This document shows, in pieces, positions 8,930 to 20,300 of a stretch of 64,000 bases of DNA; within the stretch, counting starts at the first letter, position 1; each line of letters begins with the position of its first letter. Position numbers and translations under genes: made by a program. Under the pieces are notes generated by a model, which saw nothing but the letters and a program-made list of their open reading frames with translations, was not told the DNA's origin and did not search any database. Origin of the DNA: Patescibacteria group bacterium (GTDB lineage Bacteria; Patescibacteriota; WWE3; UBA101185; UBA10185); contig JBMORU010000001.1 of NCBI GenBank assembly GCA_049322215.1, positions 580,023 to 644,022 of the forward strand, read 5' to 3'.

Positions 8930-11127
8930 AACTACTTAAAAAAAATTTAAGCACACTTTTAGTTATTGCCCCAGCGATTGTTTTACTTTTACTTGTTTTT
9001 GCTACTAACTTAAAAGAAATTCCTGTAGAAACAAAAGAGCCACTATTAAATTTCACAGGAAACGAATCTTTACTATTATCTCCACTAGAGCCTGGAGATG
9101 GTTTTGCTGCACAAGCACAAGGTGCTCCAATTGACATTACTTTTAGCATTCCAACTACAATAAATGGGTTTTCATTTTTGTTTGGAGGCAATTTACATGA
9201 GGTAAGTTCATATTTAGCGGAAGATTTTGATATATATGTTTTATCTGCAAACGGTGAGTGGCACTCAGAAGCAGAAATTAGATCTAATAAAAAGGCAAGC
9301 TTTGTATATATGTTTGAAGATTCTCGTGAAGTGCTAGGAATTCGCTTAGTAATTCACAAGGCTCCTTTTAGTAATGCTGTTTTAATAAAGGATCTAAAAT
9401 TTTACAACTTGAAAACAGTAACAGTATTAAACGGCTTAACTCACTTTTTACAATCACAGAGTAAGTCAGTATTTTCATACTACTTTTATTCAATTATTTT
9501 TTACTTTTGGCTCATTATTCCTGGTTTTGTAGTTATGAAGTATATGAATACGCGACTGAGTTTAAAGTTTTCGGGAGAAAAATTATATGTCTTTGCTCCT
9601 GTTATATCCTTTTGTTTGTTGGCTGCGGTAACAACATTTTATTTGTTATTTAGACAAAAAATAATTTTTGATTTGTACTGGCTATATTTCTTGTTTAGCA
9701 TTTATTTGCTGATTAAAAATACATATTGGAAAGAAATAAATATTTCTAAGCAAATAATATTTGTTACCGCCTTTGCTTTGTTAATTACTACTTCCTTGCA
9801 AATAAAAAGAGATTATCTGTTTAATTTAAACTACATTGAGCATCAAATGGATGCTTTACAATATATGCCACACTATTTTTATGGAGGCTATTTTGGATAC
9901 CACGCCGATAATACTATGCCTTGGGGAATTGCGCGTGCCTACATTAATGATGCCCCTTTATATTCCGAAGAAGCCTCCCGTTATAGAATTGGCTTTGGTC
10001 CTGAAAGCGTTATAGACAGGACACCAATGCTACCTCTTATGGTAGCCCCTATATTGCGTACTTTCGGAGAAAGCCATTTCATTTACCAAAGATTTCTTAC
10101 AGTTATTATGCTTTTTTATTATCCAGCGGCGTTTATTTTGCTTAAAAGATACTTTAATGAAAAAACTGCGACTATTGTTTCTATTTTAATGCTTCTTAGT
10201 GTGCAGCTGACTTTTCAAGTAAATAATGTTGAAATTTATTATAAGTTTATAGCAATATTTCCTACGTTTTTGGCGCTAGTTTCCCTAAAGTCTAGTAAAA
10301 CTAGTTTATTTACTAAACATGCATTAGCAGGTTTATTGCTTGGGGTTTCGTACTTAATACACCCTATTACTTTATTTTTTGTGATTACTTTAGGTGTTTT
10401 ACACTTAAAAGGAATAAAACTTAACACGAATTATATTAAAAGGTCATTGTATCTTTTTGGGCCTGTGTTGGTTTTGTTTGCTGTTTGGATGTTGTTTACA
10501 CTTTACATTAGATCAATTGCTCCAGAGCACGCCTCTTTAAGGCAGGCAATTTATGTGGAAGAAGTGTCACGTATATCAACAGAGCCTCTTTTAAATAAAC
10601 TATATAATGTTGTAAATATTTTTGTTCCTGATTTTCAACGACGCGCTAATTCATATAAGTTGTTTTCTTCTGATTATTTCAGAATAGAATTTTCGCGATT
10701 ATCTTTAATTGCAGCAGTCACACCTTTCTTTTTGTTAACTTTGGTTTTAAAAGGGTTTAGGAAAAAGTTTTTTCGCAAATACTTTGCACACTTTGTTTTT
10801 GGGTTATTTCCATTTGTTGTTTATTTAGCATTTTTTCACAAATACTCACTTGGGGGTTACATATTGCTTTACCCTTTCACGCTTCCATTTTTGTTTGGCT
10901 TAATAGTTACTTTGCTACAGCGCATTGAACTTGAAAAAAGAATTTACATTTACCTTTCGTATCCGGTTTTTATGTTGGTTCCTTTTTATTACATTTCCGA
11001 AGTTTTCACAAAGTTACTGCACAAAAATTTTACTGTTTATACAATGTCCTTTATATTGTTTTCACTCTATATTTATTTGTCGTTCTTGCTAATTGCAAAG
11101 GTTACAAGGTATAAAGGAAACCAATGA
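8926..11127 (+). CDS. Large polytopic membrane protein (putative GT-C-like glycosyltransferase or polymerase) with an N-terminal extracytoplasmic beta-rich domain
   Basis: 733 aa. It has a TM anchor, a ~170-aa soluble domain, then more than 10 predicted TM helices. The function is assigned by context only. Confidence 0.45.
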   Translation: MKLLKKNLSTLLVIAPAIVLLLLVFATNLKEIPVETKEPLLNFTGNESLLLSPLEPGDGFAAQAQGAPIDITFSIPTTINGFSFLFGGNLHEVSSYLAEDFDIYVLSANGEWHSEAEIRSNKKASFVYMFEDSREVLGIRLVIHKAPFSNAVLIKDLKFYNLKTVTVLNGLTHFLQSQSKSVFSYYFYSIIFYFWLIIPGFVVMKYMNTRLSLKFSGEKLYVFAPVISFCLLAAVTTFYLLFRQKIIFDLYWLYFLFSIYLLIKNTYWKEINISKQIIFVTAFALLITTSLQIKRDYLFNLNYIEHQMDALQYMPHYFYGGYFGYHADNTMPWGIARAYINDAPLYSEEASRYRIGFGPESVIDRTPMLPLMVAPILRTFGESHFIYQRFLTVIMLFYYPAAFILLKRYFNEKTATIVSILMLLSVQLTFQVNNVEIYYKFIAIFPTFLALVSLKSSKTSLFTKHALAGLLLGVSYLIHPITLFFVITLGVLHLKGIKLNTNYIKRSLYLFGPVLVLFAVWMLFTLYIRSIAPEHASLRQAIYVEEVSRISTEPLLNKLYNVVNIFVPDFQRRANSYKLFSSDYFRIEFSRLSLIAAVTPFFLLTLVLKGFRKKFFRKYFAHFVFGLFPFVVYLAFFHKYSLGGYILLYPFTLPFLFGLIVTLLQRIELEKRIYIYLSYPVFMLVPFYYISEVFTKLLHKNFTVYTMSFILFSLYIYLSFLLIAKVTRYKGNQ

Positions 11128-12107
11128 TTATTACACAAACACCTTTAAGAATAAGTTTTGTTGGTGGAGGAAGTGATTTAGCCTCTTTTTATAAGCACTC
11201 TTATGGTGCTGTAGTTTCTACAAGTATTGATAAATACATTTATATAACTGTAAATAAAAAGTTTGATTCAAAAATTAGAGCATCTTACTCTAGAACTGAA
11301 ATGGTAGATAATGTTAGCGATCTTCAACACCAACTAATTAGGGAAGCATTAAAGTTGACTGGAGTAAAAAACGGAATAGAAATCACTTCAATTTCAGACA
11401 TTCCCTCTACGGGAACCGGACTGGGATCTTCAAGTTCTTACACTGTAGGTTTAATAAATTCGTTGCGTGCTTATAATAATAAAATATCAAGTAGTGCTTA
11501 TTTAGCAGAGAAGGCCTGCCAAATAGAAATAGAAAAATGCGGAGAGCCTATTGGTAAACAAGATCAATATGCGGCCGCTTATGGTGGTTTAAATTACATT
11601 AAGTTTAATTCCGACGGAACAGTTGACGTTTCGCCCATATTAATTTCAAACAAAGTGAAAAATAAGTTACAAGATAATTTGTTAATGCTTTATACTGGCA
11701 TCACTCGTTCGGCTTCTAAAATTTTAGAAAACCAGTCAAGAAATGTGCAAGGAGAAGATACAAAAAAAATAATTTTGAGACAAATGGTTCAGCTAGCTGA
11801 AGAAATGCGCCTTGTGCTGGCTGAAGGAAATTTAAGCAAGTTTGGTAATTTACTAGATATTAACTGGGAATTAAAAAAACAACTTGCCGGAGGTATTTCA
11901 ACTCCCATAATTGATGAATGGTATAAAAAAGCTAAAAATGCAGGAGCTTTGGGGGGTAAAATTTTAGGTGCCGGTGGTGGTGGCTTTTTGCTTTTATATG
12001 CTCCTAAGTCTAGACACCCAGAAATTCAAAATGCACTAAAAGATTTAAAATCAATACCTATTAAATTTGAAAACGACGGTAGTAAAATTATTTTCATAAA
12101 GGAATAA
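11124..12107 (+). CDS. hddA: GHMP-family sugar kinase, HddA-like D-glycero-alpha-D-manno-heptose 7-phosphate kinase
   Basis: N-terminal MIITQTPLRISFVGGGSD and the GHMP ATP motif PSTGTGLGSSSSYTVGLINSL, plus a C-terminal GAGGGGF. It sits directly upstream of gmhA. Confidence 0.65.
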   Translation: MIITQTPLRISFVGGGSDLASFYKHSYGAVVSTSIDKYIYITVNKKFDSKIRASYSRTEMVDNVSDLQHQLIREALKLTGVKNGIEITSISDIPSTGTGLGSSSSYTVGLINSLRAYNNKISSSAYLAEKACQIEIEKCGEPIGKQDQYAAAYGGLNYIKFNSDGTVDVSPILISNKVKNKLQDNLLMLYTGITRSASKILENQSRNVQGEDTKKIILRQMVQLAEEMRLVLAEGNLSKFGNLLDINWELKKQLAGGISTPIIDEWYKKAKNAGALGGKILGAGGGGFLLLYAPKSRHPEIQNALKDLKSIPIKFENDGSKIIFIKE

Positions 12108-12109
12108 TC

Positions 12110-12694
12110 ATGAAAACACATGTTGATTCATATATAAAAGGTTTAAAGACTCAACTAGACACTATTTCTCCAGAAAAAGTGGAATCCTTAGTACAAATGA
12201 TGTTAAGCACGGCAGACAATTGCGGAACTATTTATATTGCTGGCAACGGAGGCAGCGCAGCTACATCCTCTCACTTTGTGTGTGACATAAAAAAGACAGT
12301 ACTTGGTAAAGCTCCTAAAAGGGTAAAAAAAGGTAGATTTAAAGTAGTAAGTTTAAACGATAATATTCCTTTATTAACTGCCTGGGCAAATGATTCTTCT
12401 TATGACGATGTTTTTAGTGAGCCCTTACTTAATTTTGCTGAGGTGGATGATTTATTTATTGTTATAACAGGAAGTGGGAATTCTAAAAACATTGTTAAAG
12501 CCGTTAAAACAGCAAAAAAACTCAAAGTTAAAACTTTTGGCTTGCTAGGATTTAATGGAGGACTATGCAAAGATCTTCTCGATGACCACATAACTATTCC
12601 CTCAAATAACTATGGCCACATAGAAGATGCTCACATGATTCTTGTACATTTGGTTACAGATTATTTAAAACAACGATTTAATGAAAAAAAATAA
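12110..12694 (+). CDS. gmhA: Phosphoheptose isomerase (sedoheptulose-7-phosphate isomerase), SIS domain
   Basis: IYIAGNGGSAATSSHFVCD, LNDN...TAWANDSSYDDVFS and ITGSGNSKNIVKA are collinear with E. coli GmhA. Confidence 0.75.
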   Translation: MKTHVDSYIKGLKTQLDTISPEKVESLVQMMLSTADNCGTIYIAGNGGSAATSSHFVCDIKKTVLGKAPKRVKKGRFKVVSLNDNIPLLTAWANDSSYDDVFSEPLLNFAEVDDLFIVITGSGNSKNIVKAVKTAKKLKVKTFGLLGFNGGLCKDLLDDHITIPSNNYGHIEDAHMILVHLVTDYLKQRFNEKK

Positions 12695-13853
12695 AAAACA
12701 TGTCTTAATTATTTGTCCATTTTCCAGTCCAAACTTAGGTGGTGTTGAAACTCATATTGACAAGCTAATAAGATACGCAACTAAAAAAAACTACTTTGTG
12801 ACTTTGCTTACTTATCAACCCTTAACAAGAAATGTTAAAGGTAAAAAGGTAGAAATACACAAAAATTATGAAGTTCACCGTGTTTCCTGGTTTGGTCGTG
12901 GTTGGTTTCCTGTTTTAGAGCACTATTTTCCGCTGGTTTTTTTTTATATGTTTCCTGGTTTGTTTTTTAAATCTTTAATATTTTATGCTAAAAATTCTGG
13001 CAATATAGATACAATTCACGCTCATGGTTTAGTTGCAGCTTTAATTACCAAGATAATCACTAAATTTAAAAAAACTAACATAGTTGTAAGTACCCATGCC
13101 GTTTACAGATTTGGAGAGCGTGCTTTACTGGCTCGTTTAGTGCGGTGGGTGCTGTCTGACTTCAACACGGTTTTAGCTGTTTCTGAAGTTTCAAGAAAAG
13201 AACTAATTTTGCTGGGCTTGTCTAAGAAAAAAGTTAAGGTACATCCCAACTGGATAGAAACAGATTTAATAAAACCCTTAAACAAAAAAAGTAGCTTACA
13301 AGCTCTTAATTTAAAACCAGGATGCCATGTTCTTTTTGTGGGGCGTCTAATTGATTTAAAAGGGGTTGAGCTTTTACTACAGTCATCTAAATTACTTAAA
13401 GAAATCCATTTTCACTTTGTAGGTAACGGTCCTTTAGAGTCTAAAGTTGTCTTAGCGAGTAAGCAACAAAAGAATGTTACTTACCATGGTGTGCTAATGC
13501 AATATAAAAAAAAGGAATTCGAAAAGTTAATGACTTTATATAGTATTGCAGACTTTTTTGTATCCCCGTATTTATATGATGAGGGTTTTTCCGCAGCGTT
13601 AATTGAATCTGCTGCCATGGGAATCCCTGTTGTTATACCAAATAGAGGATCTCCCCCAACATTTTTAAGTAAAGATTGTGCGTACTTTATGTCACCTAAG
13701 CCTACTGTTGATGAAGTAGTTAAGACACTTAAAAATTTATGTAGTACCATAAGTAATGGTAAAAACACCTTTAGTTCAGACGTATGCAGAAAATATGCAG
13801 AAGATAATTTTGGTTCGGCTAATGCCGATGTAATTACTAATAGTTATGCATAA
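12681..13853 (+). CDS. GT4-family glycosyltransferase (GT-B fold)
   Basis: C-terminal EGFSAALIESAAMGIPVV is the E-x7-E-like GT4 signature. Confidence 0.7.
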   Translation: MKKNKKHVLIICPFSSPNLGGVETHIDKLIRYATKKNYFVTLLTYQPLTRNVKGKKVEIHKNYEVHRVSWFGRGWFPVLEHYFPLVFFYMFPGLFFKSLIFYAKNSGNIDTIHAHGLVAALITKIITKFKKTNIVVSTHAVYRFGERALLARLVRWVLSDFNTVLAVSEVSRKELILLGLSKKKVKVHPNWIETDLIKPLNKKSSLQALNLKPGCHVLFVGRLIDLKGVELLLQSSKLLKEIHFHFVGNGPLESKVVLASKQQKNVTYHGVLMQYKKKEFEKLMTLYSIADFFVSPYLYDEGFSAALIESAAMGIPVVIPNRGSPPTFLSKDCAYFMSPKPTVDEVVKTLKNLCSTISNGKNTFSSDVCRKYAEDNFGSANADVITNSYA

Positions 13854-14655
13854 AAAACAAAAAGAAAAAAATAAAAATCCAGTGCCTTCAAAAATGTATG
13901 ATTCGGAGTATTACGAAAAATATAATCACGGTTACGACGAATTTGTAAAAGATAAAAGCTTAATGCCCGATTTAGAAGCAAAGGTTTCTCAAATTAACTT
14001 TAAAAATAAAAAAGTATTAGACGCTGCATGTGGTAGAGGGGAGTTCGTTCGATATGCAGCCTTAAAAGGTGCAGAGGCAACCGGTTTTGATTACTCTCCC
14101 TCTGCAATAAAAATATGTAACGACATGATTAAGGATTTGGATAAAAAAACTAAGTCTAAAATAAGTTTTGATGTAATGGATATAAAAGAACTTGGTTATG
14201 GTGATAATGAATTTGATTTAGTAGTTATGTTTGACATTATTGAACACTTGCATCATTGGGAATTAAAAAAAACAATGCATGAAATTCACAGAGTATTAAA
14301 GCCGGGCGGTGAAATATATGTACACACTAGCCCTAACAAAATAATGATGGACTTAGTAAGAAAGGTAACCCGGCCTTTTGGGGTTACTTTGAAAAGTGAA
14401 GAATTTCATGTTAATGAAATTACATACAAGTCTATGCTTGATTACACGCAATATTTTGAAGGTAAAGTAATGTTGGAGAAAGATAAAAATTATTGGTCAA
14501 AGCAAATGGTTTTTAGAGGGTCTTTTCTAAAGGGTGTTGCAAAAGTGCTAGATTTATTTGTAGATTTTTACCCTATTCATAAATTAATGTCTATAAAACC
14601 TTTTAGTGTTGTAACTGCTACAGACATTTGGTTTTTAGGGAAAAAACCCCTTTAG
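13846..14655 (+). CDS. Class I SAM-dependent methyltransferase
   Basis: VLDAACGRGEF, MFDIIEHLHHWE and LKPGGEIYVHTSP motifs. Confidence 0.7.
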   Translation: MHKKQKEKNKNPVPSKMYDSEYYEKYNHGYDEFVKDKSLMPDLEAKVSQINFKNKKVLDAACGRGEFVRYAALKGAEATGFDYSPSAIKICNDMIKDLDKKTKSKISFDVMDIKELGYGDNEFDLVVMFDIIEHLHHWELKKTMHEIHRVLKPGGEIYVHTSPNKIMMDLVRKVTRPFGVTLKSEEFHVNEITYKSMLDYTQYFEGKVMLEKDKNYWSKQMVFRGSFLKGVAKVLDLFVDFYPIHKLMSIKPFSVVTATDIWFLGKKPL

Positions 14656-14723
14656 CCGTTACTAATCCCATAGTATAATAACTCAGACAATTTTTTACCA
14701 ATGTCCAATAAGGAGACAGAAAA

Positions 14724-15152
14724 ATGAAAACAAAGCTTGAATATGGCTTTTCAATTGGTTGGTCGGCACTGGGAACATTAGCATCAGTTATGCTCGTTGC
14801 TTCTCTAATTAGTTTTAGCTGGTCGCTTATGAACAGTGGTGATGCTGCTTCTGCAGAATATATTGTAGATCGATTCCGTGGTATTAGGTACTTTGTTGAG
14901 CATCCAACAATGTACTATTTATTTGCCCTATTGCTAGGACTGTTTTCAGCTGCTTTAGAGGTAGCTTTAAATTTGTCTCGTGATTTAAGTTGGGCTAAGA
15001 GGTTAGGTGTAAATTACTTGGTTATTGGCACTGCGCGCGAATACAATATTCATTTACTCAAAGGTGGTTCAACTTTAACGCCCGCCCGTTTCAAACGAGT
15101 GTTTGAGGCTGTCACTGATATTAAGCTTCCTGAGCAACCAACAGAAAACTAA
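14724..15152 (+). CDS. Hypothetical small integral membrane protein
   Basis: 142 aa with 2-3 predicted TM helices. It has its own SD (aggagacagaaaaATG). Confidence 0.45.
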   Translation: MKTKLEYGFSIGWSALGTLASVMLVASLISFSWSLMNSGDAASAEYIVDRFRGIRYFVEHPTMYYLFALLLGLFSAALEVALNLSRDLSWAKRLGVNYLVIGTAREYNIHLLKGGSTLTPARFKRVFEAVTDIKLPEQPTEN

Positions 15153-15162
15153 ACTGCCAGCT

Positions 15163-15207
15163 CCGCGTATTTGTGTTTGAATACAACATAAATACGCGGT
15201 TTTTTTA
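15163..15207 (+). terminator. Rho-independent terminator closing the first operon of the glycan locus
   Basis: CCGCGTATTTGTGTT / loop TGAATAC / AACATAAATACGCGG forms a 15-bp stem with one G-U pair, followed by TTTTTTT. Confidence 0.8.
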
Positions 15208-15235
15208 TGCGTTTTTTTAGTGCTACAATCCTTAT

Positions 15236-16123
15236 ATGAATTTAACTTCAACTCAACAGCAAAAGTTAGACCAAGTACTGTCTAAAGTAGGAGATCTAAA
15301 TTTTAAACGGCGTATTTTAACAATGCTTGACTACATGAATATTCAGCCTGGTGACAAAATTTTAGATATGGGTTGTGGCGAAGGTTTTTATTCTATGATT
15401 TTTGATCAGCTTTTTGATGTTGAAGTTACAGCGGTTGACTATGATGAGGAAATTCTTTCAATGGCTCGAGAGTGGCTAAACAACGCAACAAAAGTTACCC
15501 TTATGCAGGGTGATATAACTAATCTTCCATTTGAAGATAACTATTTTGACAAAATTGTATGCACCGAAGTGTTAGAGCACATTCCAGATGATGTTAAAGC
15601 CGCCAAAGAGTTATTTCGTGTGTTAAAGCCTGGGGGTGTATTAGCGGCTACTGTTCCAAATTGGAACTATCCTTTTATGTGGGATCCCCTTAACAAAGTG
15701 CGTGAGGCTGTGGGCTTAGGGCATTTTAATCCTCTAAATGGTTTTTGGGGAGGTATTTGGGCTTATGATCACAAACGACTGTACTACCCAAATGATTTTA
15801 AGATTCTTTTAGAAGGTGCAGGGTTTGATGTTGAAGATTTAAAAGTATTGACGCATTATGGAGTTCCTTTTAATCACTTGGTTTTATATACAGGTAAGCA
15901 GTTTTATACTAGCCTTCCGGTTTCTGCTGATGTAAAAAACTCTATGGAAAAGTTTAAGTGGGATTCTGCTGGCGAAGGTAAAAGTGGTCGTCAATCTATT
16001 TTATCTTATATTTTAAGTAAAGGACTTGCTGTTCTTAAATGGGTTGATAAACATAATGATAAGGAATTTACCTTAGATACTTCAGCTATGGCTGTTGCGG
16101 CATTAGCCAAAAAGAAAAAATGA
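15236..16123 (+). CDS. Class I SAM-dependent methyltransferase
   Basis: ILDMGCGEGFYS, CTEVLEHIPDD and LKPGGVLAATVP motifs. Confidence 0.7.
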   Translation: MNLTSTQQQKLDQVLSKVGDLNFKRRILTMLDYMNIQPGDKILDMGCGEGFYSMIFDQLFDVEVTAVDYDEEILSMAREWLNNATKVTLMQGDITNLPFEDNYFDKIVCTEVLEHIPDDVKAAKELFRVLKPGGVLAATVPNWNYPFMWDPLNKVREAVGLGHFNPLNGFWGGIWAYDHKRLYYPNDFKILLEGAGFDVEDLKVLTHYGVPFNHLVLYTGKQFYTSLPVSADVKNSMEKFKWDSAGEGKSGRQSILSYILSKGLAVLKWVDKHNDKEFTLDTSAMAVAALAKKKK

Positions 16124-17319
16124 AGGTTTTGTTTTTATTCAATCAGCTTTTGGTAGAAGAGTTTTCAAGTGGAGGCGATGTAAAAGGATTTACAATTTTT
16201 GAAGAAGCTATGCATGATGAAAGCTTGCATCCTGGCGTTATGTGTTCGGCAGTTGCTAAAAAATCTTTTTCTGTAGCAGATAAATATTTGGTTGGTAATT
16301 CTTTTGTAGAAAGTATATTTGACCGCAAGTTCGTTCCATTTATTTTTGTATTGTATTTTTTTAGGGCTATCGAAGCCATTAGTTTATTATCAAAAGTATC
16401 TACAAATGTTATTTACACTACTGGAGACTTTTTTTGTAATGTTTTACCTGCTTATAAATATAAAAAAAACAATCCGGCAGTAATTTGGTGTGCTTGTGTT
16501 TACCACATTAACGAGAGTCCGTTTAATAGAAAATCAAACTTTTTTTTACGTAGTTTAATTTCTTATTTAATGCAAAAGTATAGTTTTAGCCTTATAAAAA
16601 AGAAGGCGGACTTAATTTTTGTTTTAAACGAAGGCGTAAAAAAATCTTTAATAAACTTAGGGTTTAAAAATAAAATAGTTGTTTCGGGGTTAGGCTTAAA
16701 CACTTCTGAAATAAAAAATAAAGTAAATAGTTACAGCAAAAGCGATTTTAAGTACAAAAACTCCAATTTAGTGTTTTTTAATAGAGTAAACCCAACTAAA
16801 GGGGTTTTTGATTTACCAAAAATATTAAGTGAGGTTAAGCTCTCACATTCTGATGCGTATTTGCATATTATAGGTAGTGTTGATCCTTCTATAAAAAACA
16901 AGTTGAATGTAGAATTTGCTGCACTAAGCTGTGAAAACAGCTATAAGTTTCACGGATTTCTACCTAAAAACGATGTTTACAAAATAATTAGTGAATCTAA
17001 AGTTTTTTTGCAAACTTCATACGAAGAAGGGTGGAGTTTAGTATTATTTGAGGGTATTATGTGTAGAACAATTCCGGTTGTTTATGATTTACCAGTTTAC
17101 CGTGAAGTGTTTAAAAATACCTTAAATATTGCCCCTTTAGGAGATATAGCAGCATTTGTAAATTTAATTAATGAGGTACTTGATTTAAATAAATCAGAGT
17201 ACGAAAAAACCCTACATGATTGCTATACTATAGCGGCAAGCTATGATAATAAGCAGGTTTATGAAAAGGAAAAATTGGCAATTGAATCACTGAAAAATGA
17301 AAGAATTATTAAAGCGTAG
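16120..17319 (+). CDS. GT4-family glycosyltransferase
   Basis: C-terminal EGWSLVLFEGIMCRTIPVV motif. 4-nt overlap with the upstream gene. Confidence 0.6.
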   Translation: MKVLFLFNQLLVEEFSSGGDVKGFTIFEEAMHDESLHPGVMCSAVAKKSFSVADKYLVGNSFVESIFDRKFVPFIFVLYFFRAIEAISLLSKVSTNVIYTTGDFFCNVLPAYKYKKNNPAVIWCACVYHINESPFNRKSNFFLRSLISYLMQKYSFSLIKKKADLIFVLNEGVKKSLINLGFKNKIVVSGLGLNTSEIKNKVNSYSKSDFKYKNSNLVFFNRVNPTKGVFDLPKILSEVKLSHSDAYLHIIGSVDPSIKNKLNVEFAALSCENSYKFHGFLPKNDVYKIISESKVFLQTSYEEGWSLVLFEGIMCRTIPVVYDLPVYREVFKNTLNIAPLGDIAAFVNLINEVLDLNKSEYEKTLHDCYTIAASYDNKQVYEKEKLAIESLKNERIIKA

Positions 17320-20300
17320 AAGCATCAAAAACATTTTAGCTATTTTCTTTTATTTACTAGTCGGTTTACTTCTTTTTAAGCCTATATTTTCATCTAAGGG
17401 TATAATCACCGGTGGGGATTGGTCTTTTCCCTATACATTTTTGCAATTGAATAATTTTTTAATTGATCGTATTTTTTCCTGGGGGAAAATTGAGTTAGTA
17501 GGCGGTTTTAGAATATTTTTAGTTGATTTGCCTTTTGCACTACTTCTTAAAGGATTAGGTTTTGCAGGTGTTTCTCCTATTTTATATCCAAAGCTTGCAT
17601 TGTTAGGTGCTTATGTATTAGCGGGCTTTGGGATGTTTTATTACTTAAAGTACTTGAAGGTTAAATTTCCTGTAGCATTGTTTGGCGGTTTACTATACGT
17701 ATTCTCTCCATTTTTCTTTAATTATACTGTCATGGGGTGGATTTATGTTTTGATCTCTATGGGCATATTTCCTTTGTTTTTAACTTTTTTTGATAGAGCA
17801 GTTAAAGAGCGTAAGTTTCATTTTGCGGCACTTTGCGGAATTTTGTTTTCTCTAGCATTTATGCAGTCTACCTCAATAATTTGGTATTCGTTTGGACTGT
17901 TAGCAATTGGAATAACTTATGTAACAAACAAAAAACACCTTCAAAACTTTATTTTAATGAGTATTGTTACTTATTCTATTCTATTTCTGACCCACTTATA
18001 TTGGGCTTATAACCTGTTTACAATTAGAGATTCCACAATTTTTGGTTCAGAAAATGTTTTATCCAGCGTAAGTTTGGGCACTTGGGCTCATTTAAGTCTT
18101 CAAAATCTTATACGCGGGTGGGGATCTTTGTTTAATGCTACCTATGAATACAGTTACTTTTCTGATTTTCCTCTAGTTTCGTATGCTTTAACTATTCTTG
18201 CACTTTTAAGCTTGTTTATTCCTAGAGAAAGAAAACACGTGCACTTGCAGTCGGTTGTACTGTTTCTTATTCCAATATTTTTGTATCTGTTAGGCCCTGA
18301 ACGTATTGCACTTCTTCCACTTGGAAATGTAATGCGCGATGTTGCACGTATGTCTGTTTTAATTTCATTTAGTTTAACCGTGCTTTCCATTTTGTTTATA
18401 AATTATTTGTATAAAACGCAAAAATATTTCCTATTAATTATTTGTATCTTTGTGTCGTTTTTAAGTGCTAATCCCTTTTGGTCGGGTAAATTTTATGCAA
18501 ACCCCAAACTACCGCAGGATATTCGTTTAAGAACTTATGTTTATCCTGAAGACTACTCAATAATTGAGTCTTTTATAGCTAGCAATAGTGAAGCAGATAA
18601 AGTTATGTATATACCTACCTATTCATCTTTTAGTGATTTCACAAATCCTAACTTTAGTGGTCCCTATAGAGAAATGGCTTATGTTTTTGCTTCAATGTCC
18701 CCTAAGCAAGGCATAATTTATACAACTGATAAAGAACGTCGCGGAATCAACGGCTACTATGGAAATTTAGTAGAGCAACTTAAATATAATTATGATGAAA
18801 GTATTAGCTATATATTAAGTTCTTTAAATGTTAAGTATTTTGTTTTCTACTACAATTCTATGGGAGCAGAAGATTGGCGTTTGTATGAAAAAGTTTCTAC
18901 AGATAATAATCGCTTTAATGATATAACGGCGAAAGTTTTAGGTAATTCTTCAAATAAAGTATCTGTTTTTGAAGTAGCTACCCCATCAGCAACTATTGAA
19001 GCTGTTAACTATGTTGTTTCTAATTCCGACCCCAAGGAGAGTATAAAAACTAAAGCCACTATTTTTTCAGATAATCCTGAATTACGAATATTTACCTCTC
19101 CATATAAAGACGTAACTACTATTGATTCATTAATTTACAAAGCCAAAGTTGCTCGGGAATTTGATTTACAAACTAAAGCGGTTAATTCAGGGTGGTTTTG
19201 GCCAACAGTGCGTCATAAACCAGGTACCCTTACTTATAAACTTATTAGATTTTTAGAAGATAAAAAAGTTACTACTGCAAAAGACAGAAAAATACAACTA
19301 GAATTACTTTTGTGGCATGCTTCCAAAAGAGCAGCTGAGGTTGCCACATTTGGCGACGCAAATAAAGAATCACTTACTACATCTTTTTATGCTAATCATA
19401 CAGAAATAAGCGAATTACTTTCTTCGTTTGATTTTGATGATAAGGATGATTGGTACTATGGTTACTTGTACAAATTGGACTATTACTTAAACGAAAGTGA
19501 TCCCTATATCGACACAGAAGTTCTTCAAAATGATTTAGAAAACAAGTTAAAGTTTGAGCGTTTTTCCATTTTAGATTCAAACCGTATAAATTGCGAAGAA
19601 CTATGCTACGGTGTTAATTTGGGCGTAGAAAACTTTGATTCACTTTATTTTGTGTTAAATAACTCGGTAGTAAAATCACCTTCTTATACTCTGATTTCGC
19701 CAAACGTATTGGAAATACAGAAAAGCAAAGAGATACTTATAAATCAAAATGATTTTTTGAACTCTACCTATGTATTTAACTCTAACGAAGCTAAAGAATT
19801 ACTCTCAGCACATTGGCAGGCTTTTGAGCAAGTGCTGTCTAGAGATATTTTTAAATATATATTCTTTTCGCTATCGAATGCTCAACTAATTTCTATAGAA
19901 AACTGGGAACCTTCAACTACTTATGACATTTCTTTTGATTATGTTCAGGGAGATCTTCCAATTAGAGTGTTTATTGTAGAGGATGTGGAGCAAATCACTT
20001 CTGATTTTGTAGAGGGTGTAAAAAACGAAAACATTATTTTAAAGCCAAAAATTAATGACATTAAAGAAATAGCCTCTCTGGCTAAAGGTACTACTTCTAT
20101 AGAACGACCATTCAAAATGTCATTTACAACGCACCCTCTTGCACAAACTGGATATATATACATTTTAAATGGTAATCCAGAAACTGCTCCGGCCGAAACC
20201 TTAGAAACGATAAAAAATTTTGAAATTTCCAAACCTTTTGCACCTGATTTATACCTAACTAATTTTGATGCAAACTCTTCAAGTGGCTTGCCGGAAATAG

